In this document: positions 1-11,956 of the stretch, in pieces
Numbering within the stretch: the stretch's first letter is position 1
Layout: each line of letters starts with the position of its first letter
Source of the DNA: Eledone cirrhosa
Lineage: Eukaryota
Direction: 5' to 3'
Assembly: GCA_964016885.1 (NCBI GenBank)
Contig: OZ024742.1
Coordinates: forward strand, 190,836,001 to 190,900,000
DNA length: 64,000 nucleotides
Translations under genes and position numbers: made by a program
The notes under the pieces: generated by a model
What the model was told of the DNA's origin: nothing
Database searches by the model: none
What the model saw: only the letters and a program-made list of their open reading frames with translations

Positions 1-185
1 GATTTAGGGTGATTAGATTGTGAGTGTATGTAATGTAAGTTTTGGTTTGGTTTATGGTAAGGTTGGTAGATACCCGTAGCTAAATCTAAAGTTATATCTA
101 GGAAATTTACTACTTTACTTGTTTTCTCAAAAGTAATATGAAGATTATAATAGTCTTTAAGGAAAGTTCTAATATGTTCTTCATA
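1..185 (-). pseudogene. Penelope-like retroelement RT domain 7/thumb fragment (Naiad-type)
   Basis: Manual minus-strand translation EEHIRTFLKDYYNLHITFEKTSKVVNFLDITLDLATGIYQPYHKPNQNLHYIHSQSNHPK fits the PLE 'VNFLDVTLDL..G.Y.PY.KPN....YI...SNHP' pattern; runs off the window edge. Confidence 0.8.
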
Positions 186-223
186 CGGATTGGACACTAC
201 CGTCAACTCTTGGTAGATTTATC

Positions 224-312
<89 letters not shown>

Positions 313-485
313 TATATAGTATTAAGGATACTATTTATGGTTATGTATATACTATAACTTTTTATAGTTATGTATATTTTAAACCCTAAACAGTGAAGGT
401 CAGTAATTTATTACTACCTTATTACCAGTAATAGCTTTGATTCTTGTGAATTCTTTATATATATGTATATATTTATATATAATAT

Positions 486-1745
486 TATATCAAAGTTTAA
501 TGGGCTTCCACTGAAGATTTATAAGTGCCCACCTAAATATATTCTTACATGAAAATATGTTAGGCTTCTACATAAACTGGAAACATTCTCCCAACTTGTA
601 GAAAACTTATAATGAAACAATTGTTTGGAAAGAGAGATATATTTTAACTTTAATTATGTCTCATATAAAATAATTGTTTCTACTTTAGGCACAAGGCCAG
701 CAACTACCCAGTGCCTCACTGGTACTTTATTTTATCGACCCCGTAAGGATGAAAGGCAAAGTCAACCTCGGCGGGATTTGAACTCAGATCGTAAAGGGAC
801 GTAACTATGCTAGAAAGCATGGCGTCCGACCCTCTACCGATACTACCAATCCACCGCCCTCATATAAAATAATACAACTGGCATTCCACAAAATACATAT
901 AGGTACCTTATAAACTTGACTTTCCGTATTTATTGCTGTTGCGAGATATTTTTTTTTTTTTTGGTATAACTTCTCTGTTTTTAGCCTAAGAAAATATCTA
1001 TATGCGTATGTAAATAATTACATGCATACATTTATTTTTTTAAATTAATTGAGTTCTTAACACGCAAAATTAATATTGGTTTTGAAATAACTAATTAACT
1101 CGCGTGTATTAAATATTTTACTCTTAATTTGGCCAGAGATTTACATTCCCAAACGCCTTTAAAGCGAAACTTTCCGTATTTATTGCAGTTGTGAAGTGTG
1201 GTTGGTTTTTAGGTATTCACTTCTCTGTTTTTAGCCTAAGAAAATATCTATATGCGTGTGTAATTAATACACGCATACATTTATTTTTTTAAAATTAATT
1301 GAGTTCTTAACACGTTGGATTGATAATGTTTTTGAAAAAACTAATTAACCCAAGTGTATATTATTTTATTTTTCTCGGGACTAATGGTTATCTCCCTTTT
1401 CCGCTTCGTGACGCTATGATACTTCCTCAGTCAAAAGACTGCTGGAATTTCAAATTTGGCGGTCATTCGATGCGTGAAGGGACAACTTAACAGACACGAA
1501 AATTAACTGCGGTAAGAAATTTTTTCTTATATCAAAGTTTAATGGGCTTCCACTGAAGATTTATAAGTACCCACCTAAATATATTCTTACATGAAAATAT
1601 AAATATTTTCTACATAAACTGGAAACATTCTCCCAACTTGTAGAAAACTTATAATGAAACAATTGTTTGGAAAGAGAGATATATTTAAACTTTAATTATG
1701 TCTCATATAAAATAATACAACGGGCTTTCCACAAAACACATATAG
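486..1745 (+). repeat. Partial tandem direct repeat (486-~900 repeated at ~1528-1745) with an internal ~200-bp duplication
   Basis: tatatcaaagtttaatgggcttccactgaagatttataag...tcatataaaataatacaac present twice; ctttccgtatttattgc... block at ~920 and ~1170. Confidence 0.85.
675..859 (-). mobile_element. tRNA-derived SINE, family A, full length with TSD
   Basis: Reverse strand has GGCGGTGGATTGGTAGTATCGG (A box), GAGTTCAAATCCC (B box) and body GCCTTTCATCCTTACGGGGTCGATAAAATAAAGTACCAG; TSD tcatataaaataat at 661-674 and 860-873. Confidence 0.9.
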
Positions 1746-1865
1746 TTAGCACCCCAAACACTTAAATTGGGTTTATACTAACGTATAACCTAATGTTTGT
1801 TGAGTTAGATGGTTACCAGTCGGAGTTTAGCTTAAAGCTATCTCTGTTATTAAATATATATATAT

Positions 1866-2085
1866 GAAGGCGTGTGGCTGAGTGGTTAGGGAATTGGATT
1901 CGCAATCGTAAGGTTGTGAGTTCGATTCCTGGACCAGGTGATGCGTTATGTCCTTGAGCAAGACACTTTATTTCACATTGCTCCTTCTACCTGGAGTTGC
2001 GACCGATAGATAGCATTAGCAATTGGAAAGACCAACGGAAACATTGTTCCCTCGGTCCGATTTGACGAAAGTCGATCGTTCCTTT
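1866..2085 (+). mobile_element. tRNA-derived SINE, family B
   Basis: A box TGGCTGAGTGG and B box GTTCGATTCC, then gtccttgagcaagacactttatttcac body; related copies at 22677 and 28896. Confidence 0.8.
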
Positions 2086-2616
2086 ATTATATATATATAT
2101 ATATGAAATATGATTAAAAATTTGAAAATGCATAATACATATACATGAAATTTTTAAGACCGAATATTTCTACAAGATGCTTCTGAACTTTTAGTCCCTT
2201 AGTGTAAGCAGTACTTTTTTTTGAATGCACATATATAAAAATATTAATAATACTAGCAGTAGTGAGTATAATCGAAGTTGCATCTGCAAGTAGTAGAATG
2301 GTAGCCGATCTTTGAAGACTGTCACAAAGCACACGATGTTAGAGTAATTAACAAATTTCTCCTCGGAGAGAACACAAGAAGTTAGGTGATAGTGACACAA
2401 TGAATAATGCGAGATAATACGACCAGAGGCATGTTACCACATTAACACAACACCTAAAAATACAGACAGTGTGTGTGTGTGTTTCTTTGTGTGTGTTTGT
2501 GTGTGTGTGTTTGTTTGTGTATGTGTGTGTATGTGTGTGTTTGTGATTGTGTATGTGTGTGTGAACTATGTTGTTCTATATGTTGTACGCTATGCGATGG
2601 CACACTTTATATATTA

Positions 2617-3212
2617 CTAGCAGTAGTACCCGGCGTTGCACGGGATAAGGTATTTTGGAACGCGGGCCGCCAACAGACCTAATCGTGAAAAAACTGCATG
2701 CCTGGACAATATGTAAAGAAAATAAACCAAATACTCTAATAGCTGGATAATCTTTAAGATTTTCTTCGATGAAGCAGGAAAAATGCAGGTTATGTGCATA
2801 ACACTCCCTGAAACATAAGTAATACACATGTAAAGTTTGAAAAGAACCGGCTGGGAACTTCTCGAGTTTTAGGAATTCAAACTCACAGACACACAAACAC
2901 ACAGACAGATATCCTCAGGGATGTGACGTAATGCAGACATCAGTCATACAGACAGATATTATAAGGGCGCGACGTTAAATGTATGTATCTATCTAAAATG
3001 AGAAAGACTAAGAATTATAGAGAGTGATCGTTAAATCGCCTAGTGTGGTCCCTAGAGCATTGAAAATTAAAAACCTTTTGTGTTCAGAACACTCCCTGAA
3101 AAAGAACTATCACATGTGTAAAGTTTGAAAACAGTCGGTTGGGTGGTTCTCTAGTTTTAGGGATTCAAATACACACACAGACAGACAGATACCTCAGTTT
3201 TATATATATAGA
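2617..3212 (-). mobile_element. Non-autonomous Helitron
   Basis: Minus strand: 5' TCTATATATATAAAACTGAGG at 3212 (nearly the same as the 55918 element); 3' hairpin CCCGTGCAACGCCGGG followed by CTAG|T at 2617. Confidence 0.8.
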
Positions 3213-3613
3213 CTAGCAGAAATGTATATATATTTCTGTGTGTATATATATATATTTCTGTTTGTGTATATATATATATATATTACACACACACAGAAAT
3301 GTATATATGTTTCTGTAGCACTCCTCAATTCCCCCTCTTTCCCTCCCGCTATCCCCCTCTTGTAGTCTGTCTCTTTCTTTCACTCTCACTCTCTATCTAC
3401 GCGTGCGCAAAAAACACTCGCACGCGCGCACGTGTTTTAGCATCTATTCACTCTCTCTCTCTCTCCCTCCCGCTACCCCCCTCTCGTAGTCTGTCTCTTT
3501 CTTTCACTCTCACTCTTTCTCTACGCGTGCGCAAAAAACATTCCCACGCGTGCAGGTGTTTCCACTGTCGGACAAACAGACAGAGAAATTGCTGGTTATA
3601 TATTATAAGGAGA
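3213..3613 (-). mobile_element. Second non-autonomous Helitron-like element in tandem (related fragment at ~4530-4702)
   Basis: CTAG at 3213-3216 abuts the previous element; 5' TCTCCTTATAATATATAACCAGC at 3613; near-identical 5' part at 4530-4702; no clear 3' hairpin. Confidence 0.55.
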
Positions 3614-4252
3614 TTACATATACATATGTAATTATGTATATCATCATCATCATCCCCATTATATATATATATAATATGGGCCGAAGCCGAAAAAAATTTT
3701 GTTTGGCAGCTCTAATTGCGCCTTAATTTTATTCAAAAAATTGTATACTAACATATTCGAATACCAGGCACTATTGAAATCAACAATAGCAGCGTCCTGA
3801 GGGTCATAACAAAACACAAATTCGCGAGAATTAGTATTTAAGGCTTGGAAGGTCGTAAAAAGATCCATAAGATCTTCCATTCTTTTAAAAAAATAAATTT
3901 ATTTTAATAATATTTAAATAACTGGCGGTTAGAAAAAAATATTCCTATGAAATTTTAATCATACCATTAGGTGTGAATAAGGAAATATTTTTTTATTGTC
4001 AAAACAAATGTTCAAAAGTTAAACTTCAATTTTTTGAATTATTTCCAATTTTTTCATGAAATTGAACACTGGACATTGGCTGCTGGAAATGGAAATTAAA
4101 TCGCATTTAATTGTATTTAAATTTCTAACCTTATTTTATTATTTATATTTTTTCAATAAGAAATAAAAAAAAAACAACAAAAAAAATTGTAGAAAAAAAT
4201 TGACGTAGGTTATGGAATTGCGCAATCTGATTAATAAATTACCTCATCAGCA

Positions 4253-4415
4253 GACAAATTCAATGGCAACCTTCTTCAAATGGTCCTTATTATCAGCAAC
4301 AACCACAAATTCAATGGCAACCTTCTTCAAACCACAAATTCAATGGCAACCTTCTTCAAACCACAAATTCAATGGCAACCTTCTTCAAACCACAAATTCA
4401 ATGGCAACCTTCTTC
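4253..4415. repeat. 29-bp minisatellite (accacaaattcaatggcaaccttcttcaa), about 4-5 copies
   Basis: Units at 4302, 4331, 4360 and 4389 plus a partial at ~4255. Confidence 0.9.
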
Positions 4416-4771
4416 GCATGGTGTCAGAACCGCCTCGAACTGGTTACTTCTGGCTTGTACAAGGTGTCTCTATAGCAACCAGCGATTCCCTCGGCCTCAG
4501 TGACCAAAGTCAGTGGAGAGGGGAAGGTAATGTTTCTGTAGCACGTGTTTTAGCGTCTATTCACTCTCTCTCTCCCTCTCTCCCTCCCGCTATACCCCAC
4601 TCGTAGTCTGTCTCTTTCTTTCACTCCCACTCTCTCTCTACGCACGCGTTTCCACTGTCGGACAGACAGACAGAGAAATTGCTGGTTATATATATAAGTA
4701 GATATTAAAAAGAAAACGAAAAGGTTAGTCGTAACTGTGCATAACCAATAAAGACCTTAATGAGAAACCTC

Positions 4772-4818
<47 letters not shown>

Positions 4819-4867
4819 TCTCTTTTTTTTTTCTCTCTCTCTCCCTATATATATATATATATATATA

Positions 4868-5167
4868 AACGGAAAAAATGAAACGAAATTTCATTTCCTA
4901 CTCTTAGTACGGCTGATACTAAAATATAAGTATGTACACGTACATACATATATGTATACAGACGTACAGTAGTATGTATATATATATACATACATGCCCA
5001 CATATATATATATGTACGTATGGATTCACCGAGCATTTATTATAATGCTCGGTGTGTTTGTAAACAAACATCCCGTATTAAGCCGTAGTGTCCAGCAACC
5101 ATCGTTGCTCGCTTGTTCAACACTGACAAAGGAACGCTGTACTAGTTTCAAGCTTATTAGCTATCGT
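4868..5167 (-). mobile_element. Copy of the hammerhead-bearing retrozyme-like family, cut within the ribozyme next to a SINE
   Basis: Homologous to 8671-8970; ends in actagtttcaagcttattagctatcgt just before the SINE at 5174. Confidence 0.75.
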
Positions 5168-5173
5168 ATCGTC

Positions 5174-5350
5174 GCAGTATCGGTAGAGGGTCGGACGCCA
5201 TGCTTTCCAGCATAGTTACGTCCCTTTACGATCTGAGTTCAAATCCCGCCGAGGTTGACTTTGCCTTTCATCCTTACGGGGTCGATAAAATAAAGTACCA
5301 GTAATGCACTGGGTATTTGCTGGCCTTGTGCCTAAAGTAGAAACAATTAT
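5174..5350 (+). mobile_element. SINE family A
   Basis: B box GAGTTCAAATCCC, conserved body, tail ggccttgtgcctaaagtagaaacaattat. Confidence 0.9.
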
Positions 5351-5532
5351 ATATATATATATATAATATATATATATATAATATATATATATAATATATC
5401 ATTATATATATATATATATAGAGAGAGAGAGAAAATTGAGGTTGGTAATGGCACATGGAATATATAAGAGACAGAATACTTTTTTGTGAAAAAACATAAT
5501 TTTATAAGGTAAGGAAATAATAAAGGGTATAA

Positions 5533-5580
5533 AAAATGACCGGTTTCGATGGGTCTGCAAAAGCCATCTTTTCAAATGTT
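5533..5580 (-). ncRNA. Minimal type I hammerhead ribozyme, U3-A8 variant (copies at 7904-7951 +, ~30723-30771 -, ~30983-31030 +)
   Basis: aacau UUGAAAA GAUGG-cuuuugcagac-CCAUC GAAA CCGG UC auuuu; palindromic stem III ACCGGU, GUC triplet; one mismatch in stem I. Confidence 0.7.
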
Positions 5581-5894
5581 GATTAATATTAAGAAAAATT
5601 AATAATACGAAGAGTTAAAACTTGAGATTTGAAAATTCAAGTATAAAATTCATTGTGGGATTTCATAGCAGTTTTCATCTAGGTAGCAACAACAGGTTGA
5701 CTGCTGTGTCCCTTTCTGGTAGTGAATGAGAAGTTATTTGGGGTGTGGGTTATTTTATAAAGGTCAGATTTAGCAATCGTCAACTGGCCAGCTGTTGGTC
5801 AGTGAGGGGGTGGAAGCAATATACATACACATATCTTCCTGTGATGGGTAGGAGAGTGGAGCGTGATAGAAAGGGATTTAGTGCACTTACACCT

Positions 5895-6044
5895 ATATAT
5901 ACACACATACTTTCACCCACACATACATACATATACATATACATATACATATATATATATATATATACATATACACACATACATACACACACACATACAT
6001 ATACATACACACATACACACACATATATACACATACACACACAC

Positions 6045-6079
<35 letters not shown>

Positions 6080-6152
6080 TATATATACATACACATACAT
6101 CCAGATACACACATACATACACACACACACACACACATATATATATACACAC

Positions 6153-6189
<37 letters not shown>

Positions 6190-6500
6190 CACACACCCTC
6201 AGACATACATACACACACACACACATATATATATACATACACACATACAAACATACACACACACACACACATATATACACATACACACACATATATATAC
6301 ACACACACACACACGCATATATATATATATATACACATACGCATACATCCAGATACACACATACATACACACACACACACACACGCACACACAATACATA
6401 CATCCACATGCACACACATATATACACACACACACACATATACACATACATACACCCACACACAGAGAAATGGCCTCCAAATATATATATATACATACAG
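5895..6500. repeat. Compound (CA)n/(TA)n microsatellite inside the PLE 3' UTR
   Basis: Direct inspection. Confidence 0.95.
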
Positions 6501-6790
6501 ACATATATTTTTTCCATAATATAAGAAGTTGGGACAGTGAAATTAAAATACAAGTCATTCTGATCACATTGAGTTCTTCATGTAGATTGGGCCCCGCAAC
6601 CGACAGTGGTGAATTCTGTGTGCGCATATATATATAGATATATGTGTGTGCACGTGCAGGGTTTAACATGGATGTGTTGGTCACACAAAGGCATGGTCTG
6701 TCAACGAATAAACCTGATTCTACAGAATTGGTCTCTGGTCTTTAATAGTAGTGATTCCGTGCGTATGTGTGTTTATATTTTATGACAATT

Positions 6791-7703
6791 CTATTGGGGT
6801 GATAACCCGTTTAGTTTTGGTTTAAATTTGTTAAGGAATAGATTTTCTTTGTTTATTCTTTGTTGCTGTGTGAACGATTCTGAGCACTTGTAGAAGGGGA
6901 AGATTTTAAAGTTGGGTAGTGTCATTCCTGCGCAGTTCGCAATATGGCTGCTCAAGGGAATTTTTCTTGTGTTAGCGTCCCGGATTTGTTGGCGGTGGAT
7001 GGTCATTCTTTTGCGTAATGAGGTGCCCGTCTGTCCTATGTAGTTGTGTTTGCACCCACCGCAAGTTATTGCGTAAATCAAGTTCTCCGAGTTGCAGGTG
7101 AAATTGTTTTTTACTGTAAATGTTTGGCCATCTTTGAATGTAAATGTTTGTCCTTCAGTGAGGTAGAGGCACGTTCCACAGTTTGTTCTACCACATTTGG
7201 TAACTGTAGGGTTGAGGATTGGTTTGGGTATATTTGGTCCAGTGAGAATGCGTTTAAGTGATTTGGGCTGTCTTTTACTTTTAAGGATCTTGTGTGTTTC
7301 AAGAATAGACTTCATTTTTACATCTTTAAGTAGGATGGGGAGGTTTTTGTGTAGGTGATCAAACATTTCGGTATTTCTGGGGTTGAAAGTGGATACATAT
7401 GGCAGGGTGTTTAGTGTGGTTTTCTGTTTTGGATTGTTAAGTTGATGGGGATTTAGGTGTTTTGCCCTGTCTATTCCATTGTTGATTATTTCAAGTGGAA
7501 AGGCTCTTAAGATAAGGGTGTCTTTTAGTTCCTTTAGTCTTTGCTCCCGTTTAGGTGGATCTGATACTATGGTACATATACGTTTGGCCAAATTGTAAGG
7601 AATGTTAAGTTTTGTATGTTTTGGGTGACTTGATGTGAAAAAGAGGTATTGCTTGGAATCTGTGGGTTTATAGAATATATCTGTATCTAATTTCCCGTCT
7701 ATT
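6791..7703 (-). CDS. PLE polyprotein C-terminus: RT thumb, Cys-rich linker and GIY-YIG endonuclease (5'-truncated)
   Basis: TDIFYKPTDSKQYLFFTSSHPKHTKLNIPYNLAKRICTIVSD (thumb), KCGRTNCGTC linker, NLIYAITCGGCKHNYIGQTG (GIY-YIG), terminal PKLN; open frame to the stop at 6791. Confidence 0.9.
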
Positions 7704-8087
7704 ACGATTGCTAAATCTGACCTTTATAAAATAACCCACACCCCAAATAACTTCTCATTCACTACCAGAAAGGGACACAGCAGTCAACCTGTTGTTGCTA
7801 CCTAGATGAAAACTGCTATGAAATCCCACAATGAATTTTATACTTGAATTTTCAAATCTCAAGTTTTAACTCTTCGTATTATTAATTTTTCTTAATATTA
7901 ATCAACATTTGAAAAGATGGCTTTTGCAGACCCATCGAAACCGGTCATTTTTTATACCCTTTATTATTTCCTTACCTTATAAAATTATGTTTTTTCACAA
8001 AAAAGTATTCTGTCTCTTATATATTCCATGTGCCATTACCAACCTCAATTTTCTCTATAACCTTCGTTTTGTGTAGAAAATTACACT

Positions 8088-8213
<126 letters not shown>

Positions 8214-8670
8214 AAAAAGATTGGACTTGATGGCTTTTTACTTGACGTTAAAACAACTAGTTCCCGTCTGGAACTAGCTGTTGAAACGGCAACATTTCAG
8301 TTGTTGTGTTGCCACCCTATGTAATTTAACCAAACTCTATTACCCTAAGTATCAAGTATCGAGTACGCTGTTCAGTAATGGTCATAACAGTTTCAAACTG
8401 AATCTCCTCCAAAAATGTAAACACTGTTTGATACATATACTGGAAATATTTATTAGGAAATATTATATTAAGGATGTCATGTCTGAGAGTATCAGAATCG
8501 TGCGCCATACCACTTGGGGAATAAGCTGAAAGATTTCAAGTAGTAAATCCAAGCATTTATATTAAATTAAAAGTAGGAGGACATATATGTATAAAATAAA
8601 CACATTAAACAATTACTGGGGATACATTTTAATGTAATAATTTAATACTTTTAATTATATATATATATAT

Positions 8671-9375
8671 GGAAAAGAATGAAATGAAATTTCATTTCTC
8701 TCTCTTAGTACAGCTGATACTTAAATGTAAGTATGTATACGTACATACATATATGTATACAGACGTACATTAGTATGTATATATATACATACATGCACAC
8801 ATATATATATATATGTACGTATAGGTTTCCCGAACATTTATTATAATATTCGGTTTGTTTGTAAACAAACAGCCCGAATTAAGTCGTACAGTGTTCGGCA
8901 ACCATCGTCGCCCTTTTGTTCAACACTGACAAAGGAACGATGAACTAGTTTCAAGCTTATTAGCTATCGTCAGCATCGTATACCTTCCTGTCAGATGATG
9001 GAACGTTTGAAAGTATATACTTTCTTGATGCATATTAACGGCTGAGCAGCCTAATTTGCATACTGATTGAGTTAGTCGGCCAGGGCGTGCCGAAAACGAT
9101 GAATGGAAAAGAATGAAATGAAATTTCATTTCTCACTCTTAGTACGGCTGATACTTAAATGTAACTATGTATACGTACTTCCATATATATATATATATAT
9201 ATATATAGACGTACAGTAGTATATATATATATATATATACATGCACATATATATATATTTACGCTGGGTTTACCGAACATTTATTATAATGATCGGTTTG
9301 TTTGTAAACAAACAGCCCGAATTAAGCAGTACAGTGTTCGGCAACCATCGTCGCCCTTTTCTTCAACACTGACAA
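8671..9375 (-). mobile_element. Non-coding partial tandem repeat (434-bp unit, ~1.6 copies) carrying a hammerhead ribozyme; retrozyme-like
   Basis: Unit start ggaaaagaatgaaatgaaatttcatttc at 8671 and 9105; flanked by (TA)n; no convincing ORF; other copies at 4868 and ~27263. Confidence 0.75.
8937..8979 (-). ncRNA. Minimal type I hammerhead ribozyme
   Basis: acgaug CUGACGA UAGC-uaauaa-GCUU GAAA CUAG UU caucgu; perfect 6-bp stem I, palindromic stem III. Confidence 0.8.
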
Positions 9376-9441
9376 TATATATATTAAATTAAAAGTATTA
9401 AATTATTAAATTAAAATATATCCCCTGTAATATATTTTATA

Positions 9442-9526
<85 letters not shown>

Positions 9527-9638
9527 TAAAAGGAATTCCAACTTTGTCTGATTTACTCGTTTTATTTACAATCCTTTCAAATTTATAATGGTATTATAAT
9601 GAAATAGTATGATAGAATATTAAATGTTAAGTGTTAAT

Positions 9639-9677
9639 TGAACAAGTACTTTCATGCTTTCGCAATCTTCAGGTTCA
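9639..9677 (-). ncRNA. Minimal type I hammerhead ribozyme
   Basis: ugaac CUGAAGA UUGC-GAAA-GCAU GAAA GUAC UU guuca; perfect stem I, GNRA-capped stem II. Confidence 0.8.
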
Positions 9678-9715
9678 TAATGTGTGGTGACAGTCAAATT
9701 TACAATTTTCAATAC

Positions 9716-9771
<56 letters not shown>

Positions 9772-10371
9772 TCACACACACACACGCATATATATATATA
9801 AATATATATATATATACACACAAACATACACAAAAGAGTGCCATACGGTTTGAACATTTAAGGAAGTCAATTTACGGTTTAATTTTTAAAACACTTATTA
9901 TTTATGATGACATAGTTACATTCATATCTTTATCTATATATCATGTAAAGAATGACGATGATAAAACCTCAAATCGAATATTCAATGACCTATCATCTGA
10001 ATATTATTGAACTATGATTGGTTTGCGCTCGGGTTGTCTGTCAGATTGATTACTAGTTTACTCTGCACCAAATTACTATCAACTATTTAAGATTTCTTTT
10101 TCACCACTGAAGTGGTAATATATATGTTAACTTTAAAAAATAATTTCTTGAATCATTGCCAAGATATTAGCAATACATTTTCTTTCATTTTTGTATTCTG
10201 TTACTTGCTTCACTCGGGTGACAGCGGCCATATTGCAGCACCAACTCGATGAGGACGATATTATGGACAGCGGTAAGTACTTTTTGAAGTCTGGTAATGA
10301 TTTTACCGAGCCCATTTTTGTCGAACCGCTAGGTAGTATGATATAAATACTGATAGAAACAAATGTTAACA

Positions 10372-10423
10372 CAGACACAAATACACAGGCACACTCATAT
10401 ACCTCTAAGTATTTATTATTTAT

Positions 10424-10484
<61 letters not shown>

Positions 10485-10654
10485 CCTAATACTTAACACC
10501 CTTCGTAACTGTACTCCTTTTGTTATTTACCTTTCCAATATATGTATGTATGTATATATATATATATATATCTATATATCTATATATATATATGTATATA
10601 TAGACACAAATACACAGGCACACTCATATACCTCTAAGTATTTATTATTTATAT

Positions 10655-10751
<97 letters not shown>

Positions 10752-10830
10752 CCTAATACTTAACACCCTTCGTAACTGTACTCCTTTTGTTATTTACCTT
10801 TCCAATATATGTATGTATGTATATATATAT
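10372..10830. repeat. Tandem duplication (~230-bp unit) of unique blocks separated by (TA)n
   Basis: agacacaaatacacaggcacac... and tgaacctaatacttaacaccc... each occur twice identically; may be an assembly artefact. Confidence 0.8.
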
Positions 10831-10839
10831 ATATATATC

Positions 10840-10883
<44 letters not shown>

Positions 10884-10890
10884 AATATAA

Positions 10891-11100
10891 AATAACCAAC
10901 AATTTAACCTAAAATGGGATATAATAGTGGTAGCCCCTGCATATAGACGAGGACAGGAACTTTGTAAATTGTGTATTATGGAAATATTTGGTATTATGAA
11001 ATCAAGAAATATTTTATTAAATAACAGAATAGAGCGAACGTTATACTGTAACCATCGCTTGAAATCTACATTTTCATATTACAAACGCTACCATGATTGA
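10891..11100 (+). pseudogene. PLE GIY-YIG C-terminal fragment (Naiad-type); 3' UTR probably continues to ~11790
   Basis: Manual translation NNQQFNLKWDIIVVAPAYRRGQELCKLCIMEIFGIMKSRNILLNNRIERTLYCNHRLKSTFSYYKRYHD*, matching the W.I...A..Y......C.LC..E......LLN.R.E....C.H pattern. Confidence 0.75.
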
Positions 11101-11798
11101 ACACCTGTCTCCATCTCCGTTTGATTGGTAAAATACATATTAAAATACATGCTGGTGCCCCAGAATGGCTTCAGGTGGATGGCTGAAACAGGTAAAAGAG
11201 TAAAAGAGTATTCTCTATTACTCTTAATTCTATCAACTCTTCTATTCTTTACCATTTAATATAAACTGCTATAGATAAAATGAGATTACTTAATTCAATT
11301 CCCTAATGTATATACCAGAAGGCTACCAGCATTGTTGTTATACAGTAGCAGTGAAAATCTCTCTCTTGACACTTTATATATGTATTAATACTACTACACC
11401 AAACGACCAGCCCTGTCCATTGTTCAACTGGTCAAATATAGATTAAAATAGGCACTCCAAAAATTCTTATTTAGATAAAATAAGCTATATACTCATTGTA
11501 TTCTCATTAAAAACCTACTATATACTTGTTTACCAGCAAATTGAATTGCCATCTGTCATATACTATCCCTTCTTTTCTTCCATTCTTACAACTAATATAA
11601 ATACTTTGATTTTTCTGATTTTTTCCAATTTATCCAATATCTCTGAAGAATTGACAACTGATTATACATTTACTATCGAATACTTGCTAACATTATATGA
11701 TTACGCAAGCAGCGATACATAGGTATTCCGTCTGTTACAGAAACATATGTCAATACCTAATAAATTCCTTTATAAAAGCACTTTCATTTTATATTCAT

Positions 11799-11926
<128 letters not shown>

Positions 11927-11956
11927 TATTTATATAAATATATATATGTATATATA

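Noticed and set aside
1866-1940. tRNA gene
   Set aside because: A/B boxes are present but there is no proper acceptor stem, and it continues into a repeated SINE body
3659-3880. 73-aa complex-looking ORF
   Set aside because: No recognisable motif and it runs into (TA)n; possibly part of an unclassified DNA transposon, but unsupported
4253-4415. 29-bp repeats as a CRISPR array
   Set aside because: Units are contiguous without unique spacers, there are no cas genes, and the context is eukaryotic
5745-6684. Multiple long YI/HT/VC-repeat ORFs here and throughout the window
   Set aside because: Dinucleotide microsatellites lack stop codons in several frames; these are not genes
11092-11135. SECIS element / Sec-recoded TGA in the Naiad-type fragment
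   Set aside because: The conserved Cys codons are TGT, the TGA lies after the domain end, and the AUGA..AA..GA spacing does not fit
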